From a virus (Duplodnaviria; Caudoviricetes), in the IMG/VR virus record IMGVR_UViG_3300032216_000506, positions 1-38,480 of that record: 38,480 nucleotides of DNA. One strand, written 5' to 3'. A program made the position numbers and the translations under genes. The notes under the pieces were generated by a model. The model saw nothing but the letters and a program-made list of their open reading frames with translations, had not been told where the DNA came from and searched no databases. Positions 18,198 through 24,675 of this stretch are shown one piece after another; position 1 is the first letter of the stretch; the number at the start of each line of letters is the position of its first letter.

Positions 18198-18496
18198 ATG
18201 ATGCCTTTGTTGCAGATGTCTGGCGCATTATGGATACTGCTGGCAATTTACTTATCCGCAAGCATCACGATTACGGCCCAAAGAATATCGCGCACTCACC
18301 AGGTGGACCGCTTAATGGTTTACGAGTTCGGATGTGGGACAAGATTGCACGGATTAACAACCTATTAGATTCAGGTGTTAGACCTAGCAATGAGTCACTG
18401 CGTGATTCCTATTTAGATTTACTTAACTACTCCGCTATCGCAATGATGGTACTCGATGGCGTATGGCCAGAAGTACCTGTGAATGACTGTGACTGA
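18095..18496 (+). CDS. Nucleotide-modification-associated domain protein (Nmad1/DUF1599-like, MazG-like helical fold)
   Basis: KHHDYG...RMWDKIARI...ESLRDSYLDLLNY. Confidence 0.75.
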   Translation: MAADDTDFAYYGLSDPRSGYGNRDLSSAAYTDKVDDAFVADVWRIMDTAGNLLIRKHHDYGPKNIAHSPGGPLNGLRVRMWDKIARINNLLDSGVRPSNESLRDSYLDLLNYSAIAMMVLDGVWPEVPVNDCD

Positions 18497-19121
18497 ACTA
18501 CACCCATCTATCTATGACATAGTACCGAGCGTTGCTAAGACTGTACATAAGCAGTACAGAACTTATGTTGAACGCGACGATGTTAAACAAGAATGTTTGC
18601 AGTGGGCTTTCGCACGCGCTGAATATATCAACACCCAATTAGGTGAAGAGAATACAGAACAGCGCAGACATAACGAACAGAAGATTGCGTGGCAGATGTC
18701 AAGAGCTGCTGAGCGATACTGTCGTAAAGAAAAGGCTGCTAAGTCTGGCTATCAGCTAGCAGATGAGGCGTACTACCAGACTGCAACTCTTGGACAATTA
18801 CTGCCCTTTGTTATTGCCTCCATCATAGATGGCACTGTGCTTGAGCAAGCGCAAGAGATGATTCGTGACGGGCAACCTAAAGGTTCATCGTCTCCTGCAG
18901 AAGGTGGCAACCTGCTTGCAATGTTGATTGATATTAAGAAGTCCTACGCTAGGTTAGATGAAGAGGATCAGCGCATACTTGTACTGCGCTACCACGAGAA
19001 CCTTACCCTTACACAGATAGGTGAGATACTTGGCTGTCACCACAGTACCGCAGACCGCAGGTGTACTCACGCTCTGCGTGAACTTAACATCCTACTGGGA
19101 GGACCAAGTCCGTACCAGTGA
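18483..19121 (+). CDS. Sigma-70-like factor (regions 2 and 4)
   Basis: ERDDVKQE in the N-terminal part; LDEEDQRILVLRY..LTLTQIGEILG HTH. Confidence 0.8.
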   Translation: MTVTELHPSIYDIVPSVAKTVHKQYRTYVERDDVKQECLQWAFARAEYINTQLGEENTEQRRHNEQKIAWQMSRAAERYCRKEKAAKSGYQLADEAYYQTATLGQLLPFVIASIIDGTVLEQAQEMIRDGQPKGSSSPAEGGNLLAMLIDIKKSYARLDEEDQRILVLRYHENLTLTQIGEILGCHHSTADRRCTHALRELNILLGGPSPYQ

Positions 19122-19501
19122 ACGAGTTAATTCTTTTTGACTTTCTTAAACTTAATCTTTACCCAGACTTAGAGCGAGCGCCTGGTATCTACGATGCCTT
19201 CGATTGCACCAGCGCCAAGGCCGGTCACTTCATTGAGTTGAAGTGTCGCCAAACCCATTATTCTACGCTACTTATAGAGCAGATGAAGTACCGCAAGCTG
19301 ATTGAGCAAGCCTACCACCGCGACCTTCTGCCTTTCTATATCAACAGCACGCCTCTTGGTATCTACTCCTTTGATCTGACAGAGATAGATGAGCCAGAGT
19401 GGTTTGTCCACGAGATGCCAGCGACTACAGAGTTTGAGAACAACAACAAGGTAGATAAGATAGTGGGCTACCTAGATACAGAGGAGGCTATCAAGCTATG
19501 A
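19118..19501 (+). CDS. PD-(D/E)XK nuclease-like protein
   Basis: FDC...IELKCR motif. Confidence 0.65.
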   Translation: MNELILFDFLKLNLYPDLERAPGIYDAFDCTSAKAGHFIELKCRQTHYSTLLIEQMKYRKLIEQAYHRDLLPFYINSTPLGIYSFDLTEIDEPEWFVHEMPATTEFENNNKVDKIVGYLDTEEAIKL

Positions 19502-19674
19502 CATATGAATATGAGTGTCCAGGGTGTGGTGATGTTCGCACGATTGAACGCAAGATGACCGACCCCGAAGAGACATATATCTGCACGCAGTGTGATACAG
19601 AGTTCAGACGCAAGTGGTCTGCTCCAAGCGTAGTCTTTAATGGTTCTGGATTTTATAGCACGGATAATAAATGA
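19498..19674 (+). CDS. FmdB-family zinc-ribbon protein (58 aa)
   Basis: MTYEYECPGCG...CTQC...VVFNGSGFYSTD; ATGA overlaps at both ends. Confidence 0.85.
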   Translation: MTYEYECPGCGDVRTIERKMTDPEETYICTQCDTEFRRKWSAPSVVFNGSGFYSTDNK

Positions 19675-20249
19675 CTGAGTATCCTAATTGGTTTGGCGTT
19701 ACAGCACAGCATAACTTTGAGCAGTTCCTTACTCCACTAGCAGGGCAAGATGACCTTAAGTTCTTGCAGCTTGGTGTATTTACTGGAGATGCCAGCGTGT
19801 GGATAGTTGAGAATATCTTTACTGGTATCTGCTGTTGGCTTATAGATGTAGATACGTGGCAAGGTAGCGATGAACCTGACCACGAGCCTATGAACTTCGA
19901 TGATGTGTACTCCACCTATCTTGCAAAGATAGAGCCATACAAAGATAAGGTTTGCCACTTTAAGTCCACTACTACTTGGCACTTATCAAGCGTGCGCCGT
20001 GAACCCAGTTATGATTTTATTTATATTGACGCAGACCATACAACTGTCGGTGTCATACTTGATGCTGAGTTAGCGTGGCCACAGTTAAAGTCTGGTGGCA
20101 TTATGGCCTTTGATGATTACACTTGGCAGCACGCTAGCGGTGATCCTCGCCTTGCACCGCAGGTTGGTATCGACCTCTTTCTCCACCGCCATCAGAGCGA
20201 CTATGAATTACTGGCTAAAAATAATCAGGTGTGGATTAGAAAGCGCTAA
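19671..20249 (+). CDS. Class I SAM-dependent methyltransferase (Methyltransf_24-like)
   Basis: LQLGVFTG, VDTW, DFIYIDADH and LKSGGIMAFDDY. Confidence 0.85.
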   Translation: MTEYPNWFGVTAQHNFEQFLTPLAGQDDLKFLQLGVFTGDASVWIVENIFTGICCWLIDVDTWQGSDEPDHEPMNFDDVYSTYLAKIEPYKDKVCHFKSTTTWHLSSVRREPSYDFIYIDADHTTVGVILDAELAWPQLKSGGIMAFDDYTWQHASGDPRLAPQVGIDLFLHRHQSDYELLAKNNQVWIRKR

Positions 20250-20310
20250 CCCCCACCGGCGAAAGAGGTAAACTCCGGTGAGGGCTAGTTGTGCTTCGAA
20301 AGGAAGGCGT
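20238..20310 (-). ncRNA. Candidate small RNA with two anti-Shine-Dalgarno-like elements (may double as terminator)
   Basis: Extended -10 at 20323-20315; 14-bp stem fully paired only on -; loop AGUUUACCUCUUUCG; 5' arm CCUUCCUUUCG. Confidence 0.55.
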
Positions 20311-20314
20311 CTAA

Positions 20315-20323
20315 ACTATAGCA
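20315..20323 (-). promoter_or_regulatory. Extended -10 element TGcTATAGT
   Basis: Reverse complement of actatagca; no ORF downstream on this strand. Confidence 0.6.
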
Positions 20324-20624
20324 TACCTTCCTCAGTACCAGTTGTGTCGTCTGTGCCAAGCGAGAGCACGGCACGCAGATTTTCGATAGCGAGCGTCAAG
20401 GTATCTAATGCCGTGTAGTATTTGGATTCTAGGATCGCTACTTCGCTCTCCAAGGAGTTGAGCAATTCCATAAGCCGTGCTTCTTGGTTTGCCCTGAAGA
20501 TTTCTTGGGCGAGCAAAGTGGTCGAAGCGGGATTCAGTGGCCCAAAGGGTGATGAGGCACCCTGTCTCTCGGTTCGTATATCCGAGAGCTTGACTATATT
20601 CTCGAACTGTTCGTCTATTTTCAC
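20316..20624 (-). CDS. Possible overprinted acidic coiled-coil protein
   Basis: 102-aa ORF, GTGA-coupled to the upstream stop with GGAGGAG RBS; lies within the SLT gene in another frame. Confidence 0.45.
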   Translation of the reverse strand: MKIDEQFENIVKLSDIRTERQGASSPFGPLNPASTTLLAQEIFRANQEARLMELLNSLESEVAILESKYYTALDTLTLAIENLRAVLSLGTDDTTGTEEGML

Positions 20625-20766
20625 GCTTCTCCTCCATCGTTGCTTTTGTTTGGGCTGTTATTACTGGCTGAGAAATCAACCCAGCCTTCTCCCTCTCGTA
20701 CTGGTAAAACAGTAGCGCTAGTAGTGCCGTCAATATCAAGCCACTTACGACCTTGTGCTTCGTCAT
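20332..20766 (-). CDS. Membrane-anchored lytic transglycosylase (SLT/Rpf-like)
   Basis: N-terminal TM; CLITLWATES, AYGIAQLL, QILHGIRYLDARY and terminal NWY. Confidence 0.85.
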   Translation of the reverse strand: MTKHKVVSGLILTALLALLFYQYEREKAGLISQPVITAQTKATMEEKRENRRTVREYSQALGYTNRETGCLITLWATESRFDHFARPRNLQGKPRSTAYGIAQLLGERSSDPRIQILHGIRYLDARYRKSACRALAWHRRHNWY

Positions 20767-20908
20767 TCGCCTTCTCCCTCTCCAGTAACTCTGTATAAGT
20801 TTCCGGATATAGTTGTGCTAGTTTGACAAGAGCACGATCTCGCGCCCGTCTGTAGTTTCTTTGGCGTACTGCCATATTCTTTGCAGCCGCCACCCTTCTC
20901 TCGTTCAC
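20621..20908 (-). CDS. Hypothetical basic protein
   Basis: GTGA-coupled start; RNYRRARDRALVKLA helix. Confidence 0.7.
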   Translation of the reverse strand: MNERRVAAAKNMAVRQRNYRRARDRALVKLAQLYPETYTELLEREKANDEAQGRKWLDIDGTTSATVLPVREGEGWVDFSASNNSPNKSNDGGEA

Positions 20909-20988
20909 TCGTTCACCCTCTCCTCTATGCGGATAAGGCAATAGGTTACCAGCATTACTGCGCTGATCCCTAACCAGTATGTAATCAC
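20905..20988 (-). CDS. 27-aa hydrophobic peptide
   Basis: MITYWLGISAVMLVTYCLIRIEERVNE; GTGA overlaps at both ends. Confidence 0.5.
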   Translation of the reverse strand: MITYWLGISAVMLVTYCLIRIEERVNE

Positions 20989-21140
20989 TCTCTCTCCTTC
21001 CAATCTCCAGAATCTAGGTATTTATAGGTGCGCTCGCAGACCGAGCAGTAGCCACATTGGACACACGCAGTACCGGTAAAGGTAATGCAATTAGGGCAGT
21101 AAAGGCTCTCTCCCTCTTGCTTACACTCACCGCAGATCAT
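20985..21140 (-). CDS. Cys-rich microprotein (four CxxC)
   Basis: MICGECK...CPNC...CVQC.YCSVC; ATGA overlap. Confidence 0.7.
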   Translation of the reverse strand: MICGECKQEGESLYCPNCITFTGTACVQCGYCSVCERTYKYLDSGDWKERE

Positions 21141-21379
21141 CGGCTAGCCTCTCTCACGATAGGCGTAATGTCTATCGGTTGCCCTACAAGGTAGGCGTCA
21201 TCGTCATCGGTAGTCCAACCGGAGACAAGGATACGCTTAGCGGTAGGTGAATTGGCTATCCACGCAAGAGCTTCTCTCTCACTATTGCCACCCCACTCAG
21301 CGTTACCGGTGGCGTCTACCACTTCATAGAGCAGCACTAGGTCGCATTGCTTAGGGTGAAAGGCTATGACATTACTCAT
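21137..21379 (-). CDS. Hypothetical early protein
   Basis: AAGGAGGT RBS; 80 aa. Confidence 0.8.
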   Translation of the reverse strand: MSNVIAFHPKQCDLVLLYEVVDATGNAEWGGNSEREALAWIANSPTAKRILVSGWTTDDDDAYLVGQPIDITPIVREASR

Positions 21380-21482
21380 TAGACACCTCCTTAAATACTC
21401 CTTCCCAACAACCCATAGACACCCAATAATCTTTCTGTTCTTGAGTAAAAATTCTTTCTGAACTGTCTGTCCAATTACTCAT
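21372..21482 (-). CDS. Microprotein (36 aa)
   Basis: MSNWTDSSERIF...; overlaps both neighbours. Confidence 0.55.
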   Translation of the reverse strand: MSNWTDSSERIFTQEQKDYWVSMGCWEGVFKEVSNE

Positions 21483-21591
21483 CGTCTCCCTCGCCTTCTT
21501 CTGTATCTTTTACATACTCTAAAGCGTCAGCGTAGTTATCTGCCTCTACTTCATAAGAGTAATCGCCTTCTATAATTTGGTAGTTAGGCAT
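21475..21591 (-). CDS. Acidic microprotein (38 aa)
   Basis: MPNYQIIEGDYSYEVEADNYADAL...; purine-rich RBS. Confidence 0.65.
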   Translation of the reverse strand: MPNYQIIEGDYSYEVEADNYADALEYVKDTEEGEGDDE

Positions 21592-21703
21592 TTTCTTCCT
21601 CTTCTCCCTCTTCTGTGTTAAATACACGCGATAGCGCACTATTGGCACGCATAAGCATAGCGATAGCACGCTCTTGCTTTTCTTTCTCGGTTAGGTCACT
21701 CAT
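21584..21703 (-). CDS. Microprotein (39 aa)
   Basis: MSDLTEKEKQERAIAML...; ATGA overlap. Confidence 0.6.
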   Translation of the reverse strand: MSDLTEKEKQERAIAMLMRANSALSRVFNTEEGEEEENA

Positions 21704-21849
21704 AGGTCTACCCTTTCATATACATCGTTAAGAGTCGCGCCTTGCCACTCTCCACAGCCCTCGCAGACTATGTCACCAATACCTATATTTAGCACCATAT
21801 AATCACCGGTGCCACACTTAATGCAGAAGCCTAGCTTTTCATCACTCAT
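21700..21849 (-). CDS. Zinc-ribbon microprotein (49 aa)
   Basis: FCIKCG...IVCEGCG; ATGA overlaps. Confidence 0.7.
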   Translation of the reverse strand: MSDEKLGFCIKCGTGDYMVLNIGIGDIVCEGCGEWQGATLNDVYERVDL

Positions 21850-22001
21850 AGCTGGCACCCACACTCTTTAACGGGTACTAGGTGATCGCCACAGATAATT
21901 TCGTTATCCCATTCGCAGCAGCTACCGCAGAATTGGTTATTGCACTTATCGCAACCCTCTCCCTCAATCACAATTACATCATCACATTGCTTACATTTCA
22001 T
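21846..22001 (-). CDS. Cys-rich microprotein (51 aa)
   Basis: MKCKQC...CDKC...CGSCC...; GAAAGAGGGAG RBS. Confidence 0.7.
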   Translation of the reverse strand: MKCKQCDDVIVIEGEGCDKCNNQFCGSCCEWDNEIICGDHLVPVKECGCQL

Positions 22002-22037
22002 TCGCTCTCTCCCTCTTTCGTATTCTGCCCTACCGAT

Positions 22038-22092
22038 TAGGTGCAGACTACCGTAGCCTACCGTATAGATAGGCCACGATAGTACGCAACTA
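22038..22092 (-). promoter_or_regulatory. Intergenic long hairpin, copy C
   Basis: ACUAUC-[stem-loop]-GGUAGU core, related to copies A and B. Confidence 0.55.
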
Positions 22093-22221
22093 TTCCGCGT
22101 ATTTAGGATAGCACTCTTCACACAATAGCTGCACGCCATATTGGTGCACGTATCCGGCCTTTAGATCCGTTACCGGATAAAAGTAATCGCACGCTAGGCA
22201 AGCTCTCTTTTCTAATAGCAT
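22090..22221 (-). CDS. Zinc-finger microprotein (43 aa)
   Basis: CLAC...LCEECY; TAATG coupling. Confidence 0.65.
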   Translation of the reverse strand: MLLEKRACLACDYFYPVTDLKAGYVHQYGVQLLCEECYPKYAE

Positions 22222-22367
22222 TACTTTTCACCCTCTCTCATATAAGTACGGAATAACCGCACCGCGTCTCTTTTCGTGTAGCCATAATAGCTGCGGGTAA
22301 TTAGATACCCGTCTCTCCCGCTTGCGTAGATTACCCACGCTCCCTCTCTATTCTTTTCGATATTCAC
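22221..22367 (-). CDS. Microprotein (48 aa)
   Basis: MNIEKNREGAWVI...YYGYTKRDAVRLFR; strong RBS. Confidence 0.7.
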   Translation of the reverse strand: MNIEKNREGAWVIYASGRDGYLITRSYYGYTKRDAVRLFRTYMREGEK

Positions 22368-22387
22368 TTTCTCCCTCTTTCTCTCTT

Positions 22388-22449
22388 ATCCGGCTAGGTA
22401 CCGGCCACCGGCCATCGCCTAACACGATGGCCGATAGTCTCGCACCTAG
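22388..22449 (-). promoter_or_regulatory. Intergenic long hairpin, copy B
   Basis: CUAGGU..GAGACUAUC-GGCCAUCG/CGAUGGCC-GGUGGCCGG.ACCUAG. Confidence 0.7.
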
Positions 22450-22451
22450 AC

Positions 22452-23063
22452 TTAGGCCTTACGCATAGGCATAAGTAGAGCTGCCCATTTAATAGAATCG
22501 TGCGGAATCGTTACCTTAATCGGCTTACGCTCACCGGAGAATTCCATAGTGAGCATAGCGCCGGCCATATTAGAGCAGGGTACCTTAGCGAAATCGGCCA
22601 TAAATGCAGGGTTAAAGGAGATACCCTCAACCGCCACGCTCTCATTAGGGATTAGGTGCTCATAAGGTGGAAAGGTACCGGTGCCTAGTTGCACAGTAAG
22701 GCTAGTGCCACCGATGGCCACGCTTAGGCTATCGCCGGCGCGTGTGAAAGTAATCTCGCGCTGGTACTTCTCGCTCTTAATAGCTGCAAGAATATTCTTT
22801 AGGTCACCTAATCGGATCGCGCTAGGTGAGAGCTCACCTTCTCCCTCTCCCTCTCCCTCTAACACGCCGGCAATTAAGCGATAGCGGTCGCTAGCAGCAG
22901 CGGTAATCGTGCCACCGGTGGCCGATAGATAGACCGCTGCCAGCGCGTCAATAGCTTTCTTACCCTTATCCGCTGCCACGCTAGCGCCGGTGAGTAGGTC
23001 TGCAATATCGCTAGCCTTAGCGGTGAGCGTCTGCAGGGTAGTTTCTTTCATTACTGTATCCAT
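22452..23063 (-). CDS. Truncated DNA polymerase III beta-clamp-like protein
   Basis: ASDRYRL, GTFPPYEHLIP, ISFNP and LLMPMR resemble DnaN motifs; only 203 aa. Confidence 0.8.
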   Translation of the reverse strand: MDTVMKETTLQTLTAKASDIADLLTGASVAADKGKKAIDALAAVYLSATGGTITAAASDRYRLIAGVLEGEGEGEGELSPSAIRLGDLKNILAAIKSEKYQREITFTRAGDSLSVAIGGTSLTVQLGTGTFPPYEHLIPNESVAVEGISFNPAFMADFAKVPCSNMAGAMLTMEFSGERKPIKVTIPHDSIKWAALLMPMRKA

Positions 23064-23088
23064 ATTCTTATTCTCTCTTTTCTATGTA

Positions 23089-23152
23089 ATCCGGCCTAGA
23101 CGCCGGCCACCGCGCAGGGAATCGCTGCCCTGCGCGATAGTCTCCCGTCTAG
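23089..23152 (-). promoter_or_regulatory. Intergenic long hairpin, copy A
   Basis: CUAGACG.GAGACUAUC-GCGCAGGG/CCCUGCGC-GGUGGCCGG-CGUCUAG. Confidence 0.7.
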
Positions 23153-23280
23153 TACTCTCGCTTAGTTATCTTGCAGAATATCCAATAGGCCAGCTCTACA
23201 CCCTGCCATAAGAGATAGCCGGCCACCCCGTAAGCGGTTAGGCATAAGAGCACGCTAAGTAAGTAAAGCAGCTCACTCAT
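23149..23280 (-). CDS. Small membrane protein (43 aa)
   Basis: MSELLYLLSVLLCLTAYGVAGYLLW...; TAATG coupling. Confidence 0.65.
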   Translation of the reverse strand: MSELLYLLSVLLCLTAYGVAGYLLWQGVELAYWIFCKITKREY

Positions 23281-23654
23281 TAGAGCCACCGGTGCGAGAG
23301 CTTGTAGCCGGCTCTATCTTCACCGGCGAAAAGTACGTTTGAGAGGCCGTAAACTAGGTGGAAACCCATATCCATACCGCAACCGTGCACGCGTATCGCG
23401 TCGCTACCGTTGCGAGAGACTAATCTATCGCCGGCAGCTTTCGCAGCACTGTAGTTAATATGGTAAGGCTCACCATTCTTAATATAAATTAGAGAGATAT
23501 CCCGCGACATTCCGGAAGAGCTAACGTGTCGCAGCACTGTATAGATAACCGGCTTAGGGTCACCGGCTAGCAGCTTTCGCAGCGTCTCAATACTTTCGCT
23601 CTTTTCTAGTGCTGCAAGAGCTTTCTTAGATAGTGGCTTTTCTAGTGTAGTCAT
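23280..23654 (-). CDS. Conserved-looking early phage protein
   Basis: 124 aa, GAGGAG RBS; HVSSSGMSR and GCGMDMGFHLVY motifs. Confidence 0.8.
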   Translation of the reverse strand: MTTLEKPLSKKALAALEKSESIETLRKLLAGDPKPVIYTVLRHVSSSGMSRDISLIYIKNGEPYHINYSAAKAAGDRLVSRNGSDAIRVHGCGMDMGFHLVYGLSNVLFAGEDRAGYKLSHRWL

Positions 23655-23825
23655 TTACTTATTCTCCTCTTCATTAAATATCTCGTTACCTACTACATTG
23701 ATAACATTGATTAAGCGATTAGCTAAGTCACCGATACGATAAATAGCGGTGTAATGCGTTAAGTCAATTTCATTTATATCGTGCGCGATAATCTCCAATA
23801 GCTCTTTAGAATTCTGCTTACTCAC
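23655..23825 (-). CDS. First early-operon protein (56 aa)
   Basis: GTG start after GCGAAAGAGAG; MSKQNSKELLEIIAHD...; abuts the next ATG. Confidence 0.65.
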   Translation of the reverse strand: MSKQNSKELLEIIAHDINEIDLTHYTAIYRIGDLANRLINVINVVGNEIFNEEENK

Positions 23826-23873
23826 AATCTTTACTCTCTTTCGCAGCGGGGTTAGGTAGTCGCTACAGGGATA

Positions 23874-23904
23874 ACTATAGGGGTGCCTACCCTATCTATG
23901 TCAA
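23874..23904 (-). promoter_or_regulatory. Early host-sigma promoter TTGACA-N19-TATAGT
   Basis: Perfect -35 and near-consensus -10 directly upstream of the leftward operon; spacer is long. Confidence 0.7.
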
Positions 23905-24300
23905 TTCTATCGGCCACAATTCGCCGGCAATTCTTAGGTGTCGCGCCGGTTATTAGAATCGGATCTAGTACCTATTTAAGAGCCGGCCGGCTATCCGGTG
24001 GCCGGTGGCAGGGTAGGCCGGCGGGTAGCTGCGAGGGTGAGCCGGTTAGCCGGTGGCCTATCGGTTAGCGGGTAGAGCTGCACCGGTTAGAGCTGCTTAT
24101 CGCTAGGCGTTTAATCGGTTAGACATATGGTGAGCGCGTGTCTATGGGTGCCGTTAGTTTAGTATCCGCACCCACCGCCCCCCACTACGCCCCACTTTCG
24201 GCTTGCTTTGCTTTCATCTGCAGGGCATAGGGCTGGCAATTGCCCGCGTGGCGCAAAAGTCAAACCCCCCATAGTTAAACGCGCGCGCGACACGGGGTAT
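23905..24300. other. Non-coding GC-rich region with short repeats; candidate genome end or origin
   Basis: No credible ORF; CGGTTAG x4, dense CCGG, and a G-rich to C-rich switch near 24160. Confidence 0.45.
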
Positions 24301-24372
24301 AGTCCCCAGAAAAATATATTTGCTAAAGTGAAGCCAGATCTGATATAGCATCTGACCAGCACTTATACTGTA

Positions 24373-24443
24373 TGTGTTACACATCACAGCAGTAAATAAC
24401 TGCAAAACGCGAAATGAGTTAATTTTCGCGCCTTATATATAGT
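24373..24443 (+). promoter_or_regulatory. Late promoter region: CRP-like box, inverted repeat and -10 TATAGT
   Basis: TGTGT-N6-TCACA 24373-88; CGCGAAA-N9-TTTCGCG 24408-30; TATAGT 24438-43. Confidence 0.5.
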
Positions 24444-24675
24444 AGGGGAGTAAAGCGGGGAAGTAGTCCGGTTTACGACCCGTACGCTACGGGTGAAACC
24501 CTTCGCGTAGCCCCCTAGGGCGAAGCGAGCTGTACCGCTAAACTATGGGATAGGTCTATCTAAATGTAGATCACTAGTATCTCATTATATGAGAAAATTC
24601 TAGCCCAGTAAAAACTCAACTTCCCTAGTATAAATGAAATCCAATCACGGCCGATTTTACTATTAGGAGCATTAC

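Noticed and set aside
19671-20249. DNA methyltransferase explaining the motif biases
   Set aside because: Lacks DPPY/NPPY or PC catalytic motifs; resembles small-molecule or glycan methyltransferases.
24167-24195. G-quadruplex on the minus strand
   Set aside because: Only three separate runs of three or more G; too weak to support.
23883-24405. Short ORFs in the central non-coding region
   Set aside because: Low-complexity translations without RBSs that overlap promoter and repeat elements.
24450-24545. tRNA or tmRNA
   Set aside because: No cloverleaf with a T-loop GTTCRA and acceptor stem could be built.
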